Source of the DNA: Escherichia phage VEc20
Sequence record: MN022785.1
Strand: one strand, 5' to 3'
Length of the DNA: 64,000 nt
Under the pieces are notes generated by a model. That model did no database searches and had not been told where the DNA came from. It worked only from the letters and a program-made list of their open reading frames with translations. The number at the start of each line of letters is the position of its first letter. Within the stretch, counting starts at the first letter, position 1. Shown one piece after another: positions 21,319 to 30,960 of the stretch. Both the position numbers and the translations under genes were made by a program.

Positions 21319-22413
21319 ATGGCAATTGTTAAAGAAATAACTGCTGATTTAATTAAAAAGTCCGGTGAGAAAATTTCAGCCGGACAGAGTACTAAATCAG
21401 AAGTAGGAACTAAAACATACACTGCCCAGTTTCCAACTGGGCGTGCTAGTGGTAATGACACTACAGGGGACTTCCAGGTAACAGATCTATATAAGAATGG
21501 ATTATTATTTACTGCATACAATATGTCATCTAGGGATTCTGGAAGTCTTAGATCGATGAGATCTAACTACTCTTCTTCATCTTCGAGTATTTTACGTACA
21601 ACAAGAAACACTATTAGTAGTACAGTATCAAAACTATCAAATGGATTAATATCAAATAATAATTCAGGAACAATAAGTAAAGCTCCTATCGCAAACATTC
21701 TTTTACCGAGATCTAAATCTGATGTTGATACATCATCACATAGATTTAATGATGTTCAAGAAAGCCTTATCAGTAGAGGTGGAGGTACTGCTACTGGAGT
21801 GCTAAGTAATATTGCTTCAACTGCAGTATTTGGGGCGTTGGAAAGTATAACACAAGGTATAATGGCTGATAATAATGAACAGATTTATACGACAGCCAGA
21901 AGTATGTATGGTGGTGCTGAAAATAGAACTAAAGTGTTTACATGGGATTTGACTCCACGTTCAACAGAAGATTTAATGGCTATTATTAATATCTATCAAT
22001 ATTTTAACTATTTTTCTTATGGTGAAACGGGTAAATCTCAATATGCTGCTGAAATAAAGGGGTATTTAGATGATTGGTATCGTTCTACGTTAATTGAACC
22101 TTTATCTCCGGAAGACGCAGCTAAAAATAAAACACTATTTGAGAAAATGACATCGAGTTTAACTAACGTTCTAGTGGTTTCAAACCCGACAATTTGGATG
22201 GTGAAAAACTTTGGTGCAACATCTAAGTTTGATGGAAAAACGGAAATATTTGGCCCATGCCAAATACAGAGCATCAGATTTGATAAAACACCTAATGGTA
22301 ACTTTAACGGATTAGCTATTGCTCCAAACCTCCCTAGTACATTTACTCTCGAGATTACTATGAGAGAAATTATCACGTTAAACCGTGCTTCTTTATATGC
22401 GGGGACTTTTTAA
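21319..22413 (+). CDS. 48: baseplate-tail tube junction protein
   Basis: 364 aa; synteny. Confidence 0.8.
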   Translation: MAIVKEITADLIKKSGEKISAGQSTKSEVGTKTYTAQFPTGRASGNDTTGDFQVTDLYKNGLLFTAYNMSSRDSGSLRSMRSNYSSSSSSILRTTRNTISSTVSKLSNGLISNNNSGTISKAPIANILLPRSKSDVDTSSHRFNDVQESLISRGGGTATGVLSNIASTAVFGALESITQGIMADNNEQIYTTARSMYGGAENRTKVFTWDLTPRSTEDLMAIINIYQYFNYFSYGETGKSQYAAEIKGYLDDWYRSTLIEPLSPEDAAKNKTLFEKMTSSLTNVLVVSNPTIWMVKNFGATSKFDGKTEIFGPCQIQSIRFDKTPNGNFNGLAIAPNLPSTFTLEITMREIITLNRASLYAGTF

Positions 22414-23378
22414 TGTATTCTTTAGAGGAATTTAATAATCAAGCAATAAACGCAGATTTCCAACGTAATAATATGTTTAGCTGCGTTTTTGCAACAACTC
22501 CATCAACTAAAAGCTCTTCGTTGATAAGTTCAATTAGCAACTTTTCTTATAATAACTTGGGCCTAAATTCAGATTGGTTAGGATTAACTCAAGGTGATAT
22601 TAATCAGGGAATTACCACGCTAATTACAGCTGGCACACAAAAACTGATAAGAAAATCAGGGGTTAGTAAATATCTTATTGGTGCCATGAGTCAACGTACA
22701 GTTCAAAGTTTATTAGGCTCATTTACAGTTGGTACATATTTAATTGACTTCTTTAACATGGCATATAACTCATCTGGATTGATGATATATTCTGTAAAAA
22801 TGCCAGAGAACAGATTATCCTATGAAACTGACTGGAACTATAATTCTCCTAATATTCGTATAACCGGAAGAGAATTAGACCCTTTGGTTATTTCATTTAG
22901 AATGGATTCAGAAGCTTGTAACTATCGTGCAATGCAAGACTGGGTTAACTCTGTTCAAGACCCAGTAACTGGACTGCGTGCTTTGCCGCAAGATGTCGAG
23001 GCAGATATTCAGGTTAATCTTCATTCTCGCAATGGATTACCACATACTGCGGTGATGTTCACTGGATGCATTCCAGTGTCCGTAAGCGCTCCTGAGTTAT
23101 CATATGATGGAGATAACCAAATAACTACATTTGATGTTACTTTTGCGTATAGAGTGATGCAGGCTGGAGCAGTTGATAGACAAGCTGCCCTTGAATGGCT
23201 TGAATCTGCTACTATAAATGGTATTCAAAGCGTTCTCGGAAATAGTGGAGGTGTTACTGGACTATCTAATTCGCTTTCACGACTTAGTAGATTAGGGGGA
23301 ACTGCAGGAAGCATTTCAAACATTAATACTATGACAGGAATTGTCAATTCGCAAAGTAAAATATTAGGAGCAATATAA
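22413..23378 (+). CDS. 54: baseplate tail tube initiator
   Basis: 321 aa; synteny. Confidence 0.8.
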   Translation: MYSLEEFNNQAINADFQRNNMFSCVFATTPSTKSSSLISSISNFSYNNLGLNSDWLGLTQGDINQGITTLITAGTQKLIRKSGVSKYLIGAMSQRTVQSLLGSFTVGTYLIDFFNMAYNSSGLMIYSVKMPENRLSYETDWNYNSPNIRITGRELDPLVISFRMDSEACNYRAMQDWVNSVQDPVTGLRALPQDVEADIQVNLHSRNGLPHTAVMFTGCIPVSVSAPELSYDGDNQITTFDVTFAYRVMQAGAVDRQAALEWLESATINGIQSVLGNSGGVTGLSNSLSRLSRLGGTAGSISNINTMTGIVNSQSKILGAI

Positions 23379-23382
23379 CAAC

Positions 23383-23400
23383 GGGGACCTTTCGGTCCCC
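23383..23400. terminator. hairpin GGGGACC-TTTC-GGTCCCC between convergent gene 54 and alt operon
   Basis: perfect 7-bp stem followed by T-run. Confidence 0.5.
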
Positions 23401-23406
23401 ATATTT

Positions 23407-23697
23407 TTATTTGCGGAATGAAATGAAAGCAGAAACTGAAGCAACTAAACTGTCTTCAATATAAACTTCAATTTTTACCGGAGCTTCTGACTCAAATTTA
23501 CCTGTTACTACACCCTGAAAAATACTTTCAGTCTGTTCTGGCTTTGAAAAATTTTCAGAAGGAAAAATTCCGAACTTTTTATCTGTTCCAAAAATTTTAA
23601 TAAATTCATCGTAAACCGCTTCGTTAAAAGCATTATCAGCAGGAATAACGCCTTCAACTACAAGTTCTTGACCTAAAAAGCGTAAAGAAGATTTCAT
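23407..23697 (-). CDS. hypothetical protein (alt.-3-like position)
   Basis: 96-aa ORF; GAGGA about 6 nt upstream of ATG. Confidence 0.5.
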   Translation of the reverse strand: MKSSLRFLGQELVVEGVIPADNAFNEAVYDEFIKIFGTDKKFGIFPSENFSKPEQTESIFQGVVTGKFESEAPVKIEVYIEDSLVASVSAFISFRK

Positions 23698-23704
23698 TTT
23701 GTGT

Positions 23705-23758
23705 TCCTCATGTTATGTCAGTAAGACTACTATAACACAACACGAGGGACTTGTAAAC
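23705..23758 (-). repeat. copy A of a perfect 54-bp repeat carrying a sigma70-type early promoter and Shine-Dalgarno leader
   Basis: identical 54-mer also at 37981-38034; minus strand reads GTTTAC-18nt-TATAGT (TGn-extended) then GAGGA. Confidence 0.8.
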
Positions 23759-24115
23759 TACATTTTGAACTTTTTAGTACGCGGAATAGGCATGCGTCGA
23801 TTTTATACTGTTTCATTGTTTGAAGAGCAGTATCAAAAACAGCATTAATGACACCAATTGGATTTCCACTCAAGTTTTTAAGCTTAACTAATGATAGTTT
23901 CTCATTAACACCTATCATTACGATATGCATCATTTTATCGCCTGGTTTAACGTTTTATTTGTATCACCGTCAGAGGTGTATGTACAAAATCTAAATCCAG
24001 GAAGTACGCTTTCTTCACCGGCTTGAATAGCAAAAATTTGAGGTATTTTATGCTTAGGATTTAAGTTAACAACCGGCGCCGAAGCGCCGTCAAATAATTC
24101 TGTAATAAGTTCCAT
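23730..24115 (-). pseudogene. truncated, frameshifted paralog of the Alt N-terminal region (two ORFs of 61 and 67 aa)
   Basis: the two ORFs align to Alt residues about 1-60 and 64-120 but are in different frames, overlapping by 4 nt. Confidence 0.55.
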
Positions 24116-24118
24116 GAT

Positions 24119-26215
24119 TTATCCTTGAACGAACTTGTAAGGCATGTTTGTAATATCTATGCAAGACGCAATAATTCCAAGAGATGATTCGACTTTCTGT
24201 TTAACATTTGATGAAACAAATGATGCAAAATCAACTCTATCTTCTATTTCAATATCACCAGTCATTGCAACTACTTCACCAGTTTCCATTAGACGGTCAC
24301 CGTCATAAATTACTGATTCGGTGAGTTCTTCCGTAGTCATAACTTCAGCTTGAATGAGTTTTGTATTATTAGATGTTGTTCCGTCGTTATTAGAAGCATC
24401 AGTTATTTTATTGACTTTGACCATCAATCCACGCGGTAGAATAACTTCAGCTTCTGTTGCTATTCCGAGACTTCCTGGATATACAACATTAACTTTATGA
24501 GCTCCATCAATTGCCCATCCTATTTGAACTTTAACGTATTCAGGATTTTCTTTATACGCTCTTATTTCGTTTGGATTAATAGTTATTCCTTCTTCATTTT
24601 TATCAACTGTTAATTCATTGCGAGCTTCTGGTTCTAAAAGACCAATACCAGCATGTGTAATTCCAAAACGTCCAAAAATGATAGGAGTTAAAGAAGTAGA
24701 TACAAAATTTCTGAAATAGAATACTTTATTTTTAACTAGTGCTTCGTATATAGGAGCAGTCATACTTTGAGCACGATAAACTGTAATGCCTTCTGGTATA
24801 CGATCACCATTTTCAAAAGCAGAATCTAAATTAGTTATAGCAGCTTCAATTTCTTTTTCACTCATTACTTCATAACGTTCTGGATCATAACGACCCAAAA
24901 GAAGATTATTGATGTCAGTATATCCTGAACCGCAATACTCTCTAATGCCACGCTTTTGTGATGGAGTATATTTAGAACCATCACGGGCAATAGTAATATC
25001 AATCATTGGACCTGCACCAATTCCAGAGAAACTATAAATCATTCTTTTGAGGAATTTAGTTTTTGTCGCGTTCCAGGAATTTTTAGTTATTTCTTCCCAG
25101 ACTTCATCTGGCTGTCCTTTACGGGTTTTATTATGTTTATCAAGCCAAGTATCTTTATATTCTTCAAATAATTGATTAACAGCTGCTGCGTATTTCTCTA
25201 AACATTTTATTGAAGTAGTCGGTTCATTTTTAATCGCATTAAGAATTACATCTTTAATTTTTTCAGAAACTTCATTAACCTCACTTTTTGAAAAGAATTT
25301 ATAGTCATAATGAAGTTCATCTGCAGTTCCTTCGGCAATGATTTTTGCTGCCTTAGTTTTAGAAGCTAATGAATTAATTCCAATTTTCATTTCTTCTGCT
25401 TCGGGAATTAAAGGTGCAGTAGCTGGTTTATTAAAATTAGCTGCTGTAGATTCATACTTCTGGAATAATTCACTTTCAAATCTAGAAGACTCTAATGATT
25501 GACTTTGTGCAATTGCTCTACGGGAAATTTTAACTTTAACGATTACAGCTTGGTCAGAACGTTTATCATTTTCTTGTGCAATAGATGCTGCAATTGCCTC
25601 ATTTTTAGTTACTTGAGCTCCAGTATCTTTATTGATATAAACATCACCGACCTTCGATTCAACTTTAGTAAAGAGCTCGGTACTAATTTCCGGAACCCCT
25701 GGAATGTCTTCTAGTGATACATTTTTGCGATGTATAAGAATATATGCATACTTTTTATCATAATCCCAGAGTTCCTTAAGAAGGACGTATCTGCCACCTG
25801 AACGACTACGGATAAGTCTATCAGCAATAACTTGAATTTGTCGAGCTTGACCAGCAGTTTTAGACTTAAGAATACGGAGCATACAGGCATCAATTTTATA
25901 CTGACGCATTGTTTGCATTGCAACAGTAAAAACCGAATTGATATAATTAATTGGGCTTGGACCAAGACCTTTCAATTTAGCAATTGAACCTTTAGCGGTT
26001 AATGTAAAAGGAACAATATGCATCATTTTATCGCCCATCTTTAAATCACGATTAGTATCACCTCCAGATGTATAGGTACATAAACGAAAGCCTGGTTGTT
26101 CAATTGCATCATCAACATGAACTGAAAAAATTTGTGGTATTTTCTTCTTTGGATTTAAGTTTGTAATCGGAAGAGTAGTATCTTCGTCAAATAATTCTGT
26201 AATTAGTTCCATCAT
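24119..26215 (-). CDS. alt: Alt ADP-ribosyltransferase (virion-packaged)
   Basis: 698 aa; N-terminus MELITELF...; resembles T4 Alt from memory; synteny. Confidence 0.85.
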   Translation of the reverse strand: MMELITELFDEDTTLPITNLNPKKKIPQIFSVHVDDAIEQPGFRLCTYTSGGDTNRDLKMGDKMMHIVPFTLTAKGSIAKLKGLGPSPINYINSVFTVAMQTMRQYKIDACMLRILKSKTAGQARQIQVIADRLIRSRSGGRYVLLKELWDYDKKYAYILIHRKNVSLEDIPGVPEISTELFTKVESKVGDVYINKDTGAQVTKNEAIAASIAQENDKRSDQAVIVKVKISRRAIAQSQSLESSRFESELFQKYESTAANFNKPATAPLIPEAEEMKIGINSLASKTKAAKIIAEGTADELHYDYKFFSKSEVNEVSEKIKDVILNAIKNEPTTSIKCLEKYAAAVNQLFEEYKDTWLDKHNKTRKGQPDEVWEEITKNSWNATKTKFLKRMIYSFSGIGAGPMIDITIARDGSKYTPSQKRGIREYCGSGYTDINNLLLGRYDPERYEVMSEKEIEAAITNLDSAFENGDRIPEGITVYRAQSMTAPIYEALVKNKVFYFRNFVSTSLTPIIFGRFGITHAGIGLLEPEARNELTVDKNEEGITINPNEIRAYKENPEYVKVQIGWAIDGAHKVNVVYPGSLGIATEAEVILPRGLMVKVNKITDASNNDGTTSNNTKLIQAEVMTTEELTESVIYDGDRLMETGEVVAMTGDIEIEDRVDFASFVSSNVKQKVESSLGIIASCIDITNMPYKFVQG

Positions 26216-26250
26216 ATCCTCTCTAGTGTTTATTCTATTTATAAAATTAA

Positions 26251-26265
26251 AGGCCCGAAGGCCTT
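26251..26265 (-). terminator. GC hairpin AGGCC-CGAA-GGCCT
   Basis: seen in sequence. Confidence 0.35.
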
Positions 26266-26453
26266 TAGTAATCTAGTGGTAAGAGAGTACGATATATTTC
26301 AAACTTTGGTCCTTTTTCATAGGCATCAAATGTTTCTGTAAATTTATTATAAGCGTATGCATCTACAAATTCGAGAATGACTTGTGATACAGAAGTAGAA
26401 ACATCTCCACCTTCTTTTTGAGCAATGACAATTGTTTCTAAGTAAGCTTTCAT
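26265..26453 (-). CDS. hypothetical small protein
   Basis: 62-aa ORF; start overlaps ligase stop. Confidence 0.45.
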   Translation of the reverse strand: MKAYLETIVIAQKEGGDVSTSVSQVILEFVDAYAYNKFTETFDAYEKGPKFEIYRTLLPLDY

Positions 26454-27913
26454 AGACCAGTTACCTCATGAAAATCACCAAATACATCCTCGAATGTATT
26501 AGCTTTAGTTTTATCTTCACGTAAACGAATCGCAATCGGAAGAAATAATTTAACGTAATCAGTGCGGCCATCAGATTTTAACCAACCGTTGCATTCGCAC
26601 TCTAGAATTTTTCCAATATAATAATTTTGGTTTTCCATAATGCGAGTACGGTCAAGTTCATGTGATTTTACACCGGCTTTATCTTTTAAGCCTGAACCAG
26701 CATTTACCTTAATTTTTCCACACTCTGACTCAAGAATAAATCCACCCGCTTTAGTAGGGTCTTTACGGTGAGGATAAATTCCTACAATTTTTAAATCAAC
26801 ATCAATTACTTCTTTAAATTTATAGAGATTTTTTGAACGAGCATTTTCCCATAATCCATCGATATTTTTGAGAATAATACCTTCAAGACCTTGGTCAATA
26901 TACTTTTTATAAATTACCTTAGCTTCATCTAGGTTATTTACTACCTGGTTTTCAATTAAAATTACTTTATCATAGCCTGATGTCATTTGTTCTAGTTTAG
27001 AAAAACGTACATCATATTTTAAACGAAACGCCGGAAGACCGTATATTTCTACCAACGGGACATAATCCCAGACCTGAAACTTCATGCATTGAGCTTCTTT
27101 TTCGGAAATGGTTCCCTTTAAAGATTTATTAGCGATTCCATTAGAAGTAGTACGTGATTCAGCTACTTCGGCGAATTCTTTGGCTTTACTAATTTCAGGA
27201 TAAGCATCAAAAAGAAAATCTAGGCCTTCTGGCTCCTTTTTAACTTGCTCATGGTATACCAATTCGCCATCAATTAACACGCCTTCTGGATGAATCTGGC
27301 GGGCTTCAGCGGTCATTTTGATTAATTCTTCCTTAAGAAGATCTAATCCTAGATATTCATTACCGGCTCGTGATAAAAGACGAACATCATCTAATTCATC
27401 ACCTCTGACTTCGGCAAAGCACCGAGCCCCATCAGCTTTTAACTGGGCAAAGGCTGGAAATTTGATATTCTTATTAATGCCTTTTTCATCATAAGAACTT
27501 GCCAGCATTTGAGGTTGTTCAGGAATTAAACCTGGCCAAACTTTGTTTGCAATAGATACTGAAGCACCACATTCAAGGTCTCGCATCATCACTCGACGCA
27601 AAACTTCAACATCATCTTTTTTACCATCGGTGATATATCCAGTTAATTCCTCAATTGCTGCATTTCCAGTCAATTTCCGAGTAGCTAATGTGAATTCAAT
27701 GAAGTCAAGCATATCGGTAAGAGTCAACATTCCAAAACTCTGGGTAGCAATACCAGGTTTAGGCCATTTCTTGATATAATACTGCAGCCCACGAGAATAA
27801 GTCAGACGATATACTCGTTTAAGCAATTCATTATCTTTATTCTTTTCAAGAATTGCTTGCTTCTGCTTAGTTGAACCAATAGATGCTATTTCGTTCAGAA
27901 TTTTAAGAATCAT
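26450..27913 (-). CDS. 30: ATP-dependent DNA ligase
   Basis: 487 aa; adenylation motif KADGAR; N-terminus matches T4 ligase from memory. Confidence 0.9.
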   Translation of the reverse strand: MILKILNEIASIGSTKQKQAILEKNKDNELLKRVYRLTYSRGLQYYIKKWPKPGIATQSFGMLTLTDMLDFIEFTLATRKLTGNAAIEELTGYITDGKKDDVEVLRRVMMRDLECGASVSIANKVWPGLIPEQPQMLASSYDEKGINKNIKFPAFAQLKADGARCFAEVRGDELDDVRLLSRAGNEYLGLDLLKEELIKMTAEARQIHPEGVLIDGELVYHEQVKKEPEGLDFLFDAYPEISKAKEFAEVAESRTTSNGIANKSLKGTISEKEAQCMKFQVWDYVPLVEIYGLPAFRLKYDVRFSKLEQMTSGYDKVILIENQVVNNLDEAKVIYKKYIDQGLEGIILKNIDGLWENARSKNLYKFKEVIDVDLKIVGIYPHRKDPTKAGGFILESECGKIKVNAGSGLKDKAGVKSHELDRTRIMENQNYYIGKILECECNGWLKSDGRTDYVKLFLPIAIRLREDKTKANTFEDVFGDFHEVTGL

Positions 27914-28179
27914 TGTTCATCCTTCAGAGTTTGGTTTACAGCTCTATTATAAATCAATTCATCATTAAGCTCAGTCAAAGACTTATGATATGTGGTTCTA
28001 ACTTTATTTCCTTGCATCCAGTGCTTGATATAAATGAAACCTTGCTCTACGCATTTTTTAAAAATTCGTTCGTCTTTTTGAGCTCGGAATTCTGGATTGC
28101 ATCTAAAAAATTGATTTACGTGACCGTAATCACGTGTAGTATTACCTTCATTTTCATAAATAGTGTGAACAACAAACAT
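27910..28179 (-). CDS. hypothetical protein
   Basis: 89-aa ORF, overlapping stop/start with neighbours. Confidence 0.5.
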   Translation of the reverse strand: MFVVHTIYENEGNTTRDYGHVNQFFRCNPEFRAQKDERIFKKCVEQGFIYIKHWMQGNKVRTTYHKSLTELNDELIYNRAVNQTLKDEQ

Positions 28180-29018
28180 TAGAATGCTCCTTGGAAAATA
28201 TTATCACCACAAGTAGGTCTATTATACAAATACTCTATACCGCCGGGTTTAATATAGTTCCATGTCTGAAACGGATGTGTCTGATATGGATGATATAGAT
28301 GATTATAAGGATTAAATCCAGGAGTTCTCCAGGTAGTGTTCCAACGAAAAGAATCGTTTTTAATCATCTTTTCAATTACATCTTTTATAGCTTTTTCACT
28401 ATCAAAACTTTCTTTATTTTCCTTTGGTGAAAAAAGCTTATTCTCTACATCGTTCCATGTATAAACTCGCTGAGCAGTTTTTGGAATACTGTCACGTTCC
28501 CCTCGAGCCATCCAATAAACAGGAACACTTAATATTTCACTCGCGTGATCGCAGTGGTGAGCGAGATCGTCAATATAACAAATTACGTTATATTTCTCTT
28601 TTGCCTTTTTGAACAACTCTTCTTTTGAAGAATCATGACCACACATCAGTACTTCTGAGAAGGCACCAGGAAAAAGAGCATTCAAATTAAATTGACGATT
28701 CAGCAGAGCGTCAATAGAATCACCCAGCGCTGTAACAGCTACAAAATTATAATCTTCTTTTAATTTGTTAATTACACACAGAGCATCTTTATATGGAGAC
28801 AAGTAACGAATAAAATCTGAACGATTGTATTTTTCAATTAACTTGACACCAAGTTCTTCATCACAATTAAAAAGTTTACCAGGAGAAATAAATTTTTCAT
28901 CTTGGATCATTTTTAAAATATGTTCCAACGGAAGATTATATTTCTGAGCAAAATAAGGAAGGCCTGATTGCCAGCTTAAACACACTCCATCAATATCAGT
29001 TAAAATAGTAGGCTTCAT
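28179..29018 (-). CDS. HAD-superfamily phosphatase-like protein
   Basis: motif I ILTDIDGV near N-terminus and motif IV YIDD; 279 aa. Confidence 0.55.
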   Translation of the reverse strand: MKPTILTDIDGVCLSWQSGLPYFAQKYNLPLEHILKMIQDEKFISPGKLFNCDEELGVKLIEKYNRSDFIRYLSPYKDALCVINKLKEDYNFVAVTALGDSIDALLNRQFNLNALFPGAFSEVLMCGHDSSKEELFKKAKEKYNVICYIDDLAHHCDHASEILSVPVYWMARGERDSIPKTAQRVYTWNDVENKLFSPKENKESFDSEKAIKDVIEKMIKNDSFRWNTTWRTPGFNPYNHLYHPYQTHPFQTWNYIKPGGIEYLYNRPTCGDNIFQGAF

Positions 29019-29479
29019 AGAGAGTCTCTTAATAGGTTTAACACATCAATAAATTCAGCTTCGGTTAGTATTGTATCATCTTTTGTTAGACCACTAGCCA
29101 TGCTGTGCTTCAAAACTTTTCCTTTCGAGGCTTGTAACGCATCACGAAAGCCCTTGTTTTGGATCGCTGCTTCAAAATATGCATTTGTGTATAATTCTTT
29201 CCACGCCGGGGAGTATCTTGAAAATGGAACTCCAAGCCAGAAGAGGGTTCCACGGTCTTGAGCTCTTGCATAAGACCTTCCAGCTTGTTGGGCGGCAAGC
29301 CCGGATAACCCAAATATACGACGTTGTTGTTCAACGTTTTTCACCTTGCATCCTTGGAGGAATCCTTCAAGACCTCCAAATTGAATACCATCCATAACGA
29401 AAGGCCAATGGGCGAAATTACTTAATGCACATGATGGCCACCTAAAATTGCTTCTAATCTCTAACTCAGACATTTTCAA
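29015..29479 (-). CDS. NADAR (YbiA-like) domain protein
   Basis: ALSNFAHWPFVMDGIQFGGLEGFLQGCK resembles the NADAR/YbiA signature FSNFA.WP..DG....SEH.FQA.K. Confidence 0.55.
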   Translation of the reverse strand: MKMSELEIRSNFRWPSCALSNFAHWPFVMDGIQFGGLEGFLQGCKVKNVEQQRRIFGLSGLAAQQAGRSYARAQDRGTLFWLGVPFSRYSPAWKELYTNAYFEAAIQNKGFRDALQASKGKVLKHSMASGLTKDDTILTEAEFIDVLNLLRDSL

Positions 29480-29672
29480 TGCTTATAATTTCAACATCAG
29501 CCCAATGACCATAGCAAGGAAGACGAAATTCAACTGGCCAGTTAGGGTCCTTTTCTAATATAATAGACTCAACTCGTGGTTCTTCACGTTCATCAGTATA
29601 TGGATTTTTATCTGTTACTTTATATGTGACCTTAATGTACTGAATTCCAAAAATCTTATTAATTATATTCAT
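29466..29672 (-). CDS. hypothetical protein
   Basis: 68-aa ORF. Confidence 0.45.
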   Translation of the reverse strand: MNIINKIFGIQYIKVTYKVTDKNPYTDEREEPRVESIILEKDPNWPVEFRLPCYGHWADVEIISIENV

Positions 29673-29866
29673 ACTAATTCCTTTAATCCGTAGATAGGAG
29701 ATAATTCATCACCCATACGAAGGTCTTCATTTCCATCTACCCAGGAAACAATATAAGCCTCTTTTATTTGAATACCACTCCATTTAAATGGAGGTAGAAC
29801 CTTAGAAATTAATCCAGGTATACCAACTCCCTTTAATTCAACAGTTTGACCTAAAAAGAATTTCAT
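29669..29866 (-). CDS. hypothetical protein
   Basis: 65-aa ORF. Confidence 0.45.
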   Translation of the reverse strand: MKFFLGQTVELKGVGIPGLISKVLPPFKWSGIQIKEAYIVSWVDGNEDLRMGDELSPIYGLKELV

Positions 29867-30153
29867 TAGAACCTCATCTGAAAACCGTGCGATTTAACAT
29901 TACCGCCGCCAATATCAGAGATATTAATTTCGCGCGCAATTGAAGGGTCAATGTCAATTTCACGATTGAGTTTAGTGATAGCTAAAGTATCGCGCCCATT
30001 TACAGTACGAAACTCTAAAGGACAAACCACATCAACGTAGTTTTTAATCGATTCACTGGTAGGCTGCAAATGAGCAGGAAGGTCTTTAGGCGCCTTTGAG
30101 AAAACCACTTCACAGAAATTTTTGCGGGTATCAAAATAAGTAGTCATAAACAT
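29866..30153 (-). CDS. hypothetical protein
   Basis: 95-aa ORF. Confidence 0.5.
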   Translation of the reverse strand: MFMTTYFDTRKNFCEVVFSKAPKDLPAHLQPTSESIKNYVDVVCPLEFRTVNGRDTLAITKLNREIDIDPSIAREINISDIGGGNVKSHGFQMRF

Positions 30154-30170
30154 AGTATTTTCCTCAGTAA

Positions 30171-30185
30171 GGGGCCGAAGCCCCT
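30171..30185 (-). terminator. GC hairpin GGGGC-CGAA-GCCCC
   Basis: seen in sequence. Confidence 0.35.
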
Positions 30186-30194
30186 CATTTTATT

Positions 30195-30572
30195 TTAAAT
30201 ATCAAATTCGTTAAGAACTACATCAAAGATTGCTTCAAGATGCTCAGGTTTAGCTCTGTTACTCAGAATATGACGAATCCAAGTTTTAACCAGAAGCTTG
30301 CGATTAACGCCATTCCAGCAAGGATGAGTCCCTAAATCGCGTTGACGAAAATCATCATCCAAAGCAATTTTGAAGTTGGAACCTTCCATTGTGATTGAAA
30401 CCGTGATGCCATTTTCAAATCGCATATAAACGTAGTTAGGAGTCATATACTGTTCAATTTCGCATACTGATCCATTTTGATGTTTCCAAAGGCAGATGGT
30501 ATCAATAGAACCTGCAATACCATTAGAAACATATTTACGTTCAAAGTTAATGTAGTTCATTTTATTCTCCAA
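30195..30572 (-). CDS. hypothetical protein
   Basis: 125-aa ORF. Confidence 0.5.
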   Translation of the reverse strand: MENKMNYINFERKYVSNGIAGSIDTICLWKHQNGSVCEIEQYMTPNYVYMRFENGITVSITMEGSNFKIALDDDFRQRDLGTHPCWNGVNRKLLVKTWIRHILSNRAKPEHLEAIFDVVLNEFDI

Positions 30573-30627
30573 GATGTTTAATTGCGGTACAGGTATATAA
30601 TATCATGTCCTGTACCAAAGTAAACAA

Positions 30628-30960
30628 TTATTTTACTACTTTCCAATGCTGCATGTCAAGTTTACCAACTTTTTTCATCTTCTCAATTAAGCGTTCGGCA
30701 CGTTGGCGAGCTGTAACATAATACCATTCACCTAATTCATTTTGTTCAATTTTTCCAACGATTACTGTATTCAATTCATAAATCCAACCAGTAAAGAAAT
30801 TATGAACTTGAATTGTAAAGGTGAAATCTGTTCCCATACCTTCTGTTGTTTCTACTTCAATAATATCACCTTCAACTGCCATTAAGAACCACATAGTTTC
30901 ATCATATTTACCATTGAAGCATTTAGTTTTAACTGCAGCGTTCAGATTAATCGTTTTCAT
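30628..30960 (-). CDS. hypothetical protein
   Basis: 110-aa ORF. Confidence 0.5.
   Translation of the reverse strand: MKTINLNAAVKTKCFNGKYDETMWFLMAVEGDIIEVETTEGMGTDFTFTIQVHNFFTGWIYELNTVIVGKIEQNELGEWYYVTARQRAERLIEKMKKVGKLDMQHWKVVK

Noticed and set aside
27913-28182. 89-aa plus-strand ORF, and similar plus-strand ORFs at 32072-32770, 33509-33796, 35858-36363, 39926-40189 and 42246-43146
   Set aside because: All are embedded antisense in minus-strand early genes with strong identity or packing evidence; hydrophobic, low-complexity translations typical of AT-rich antisense frames.
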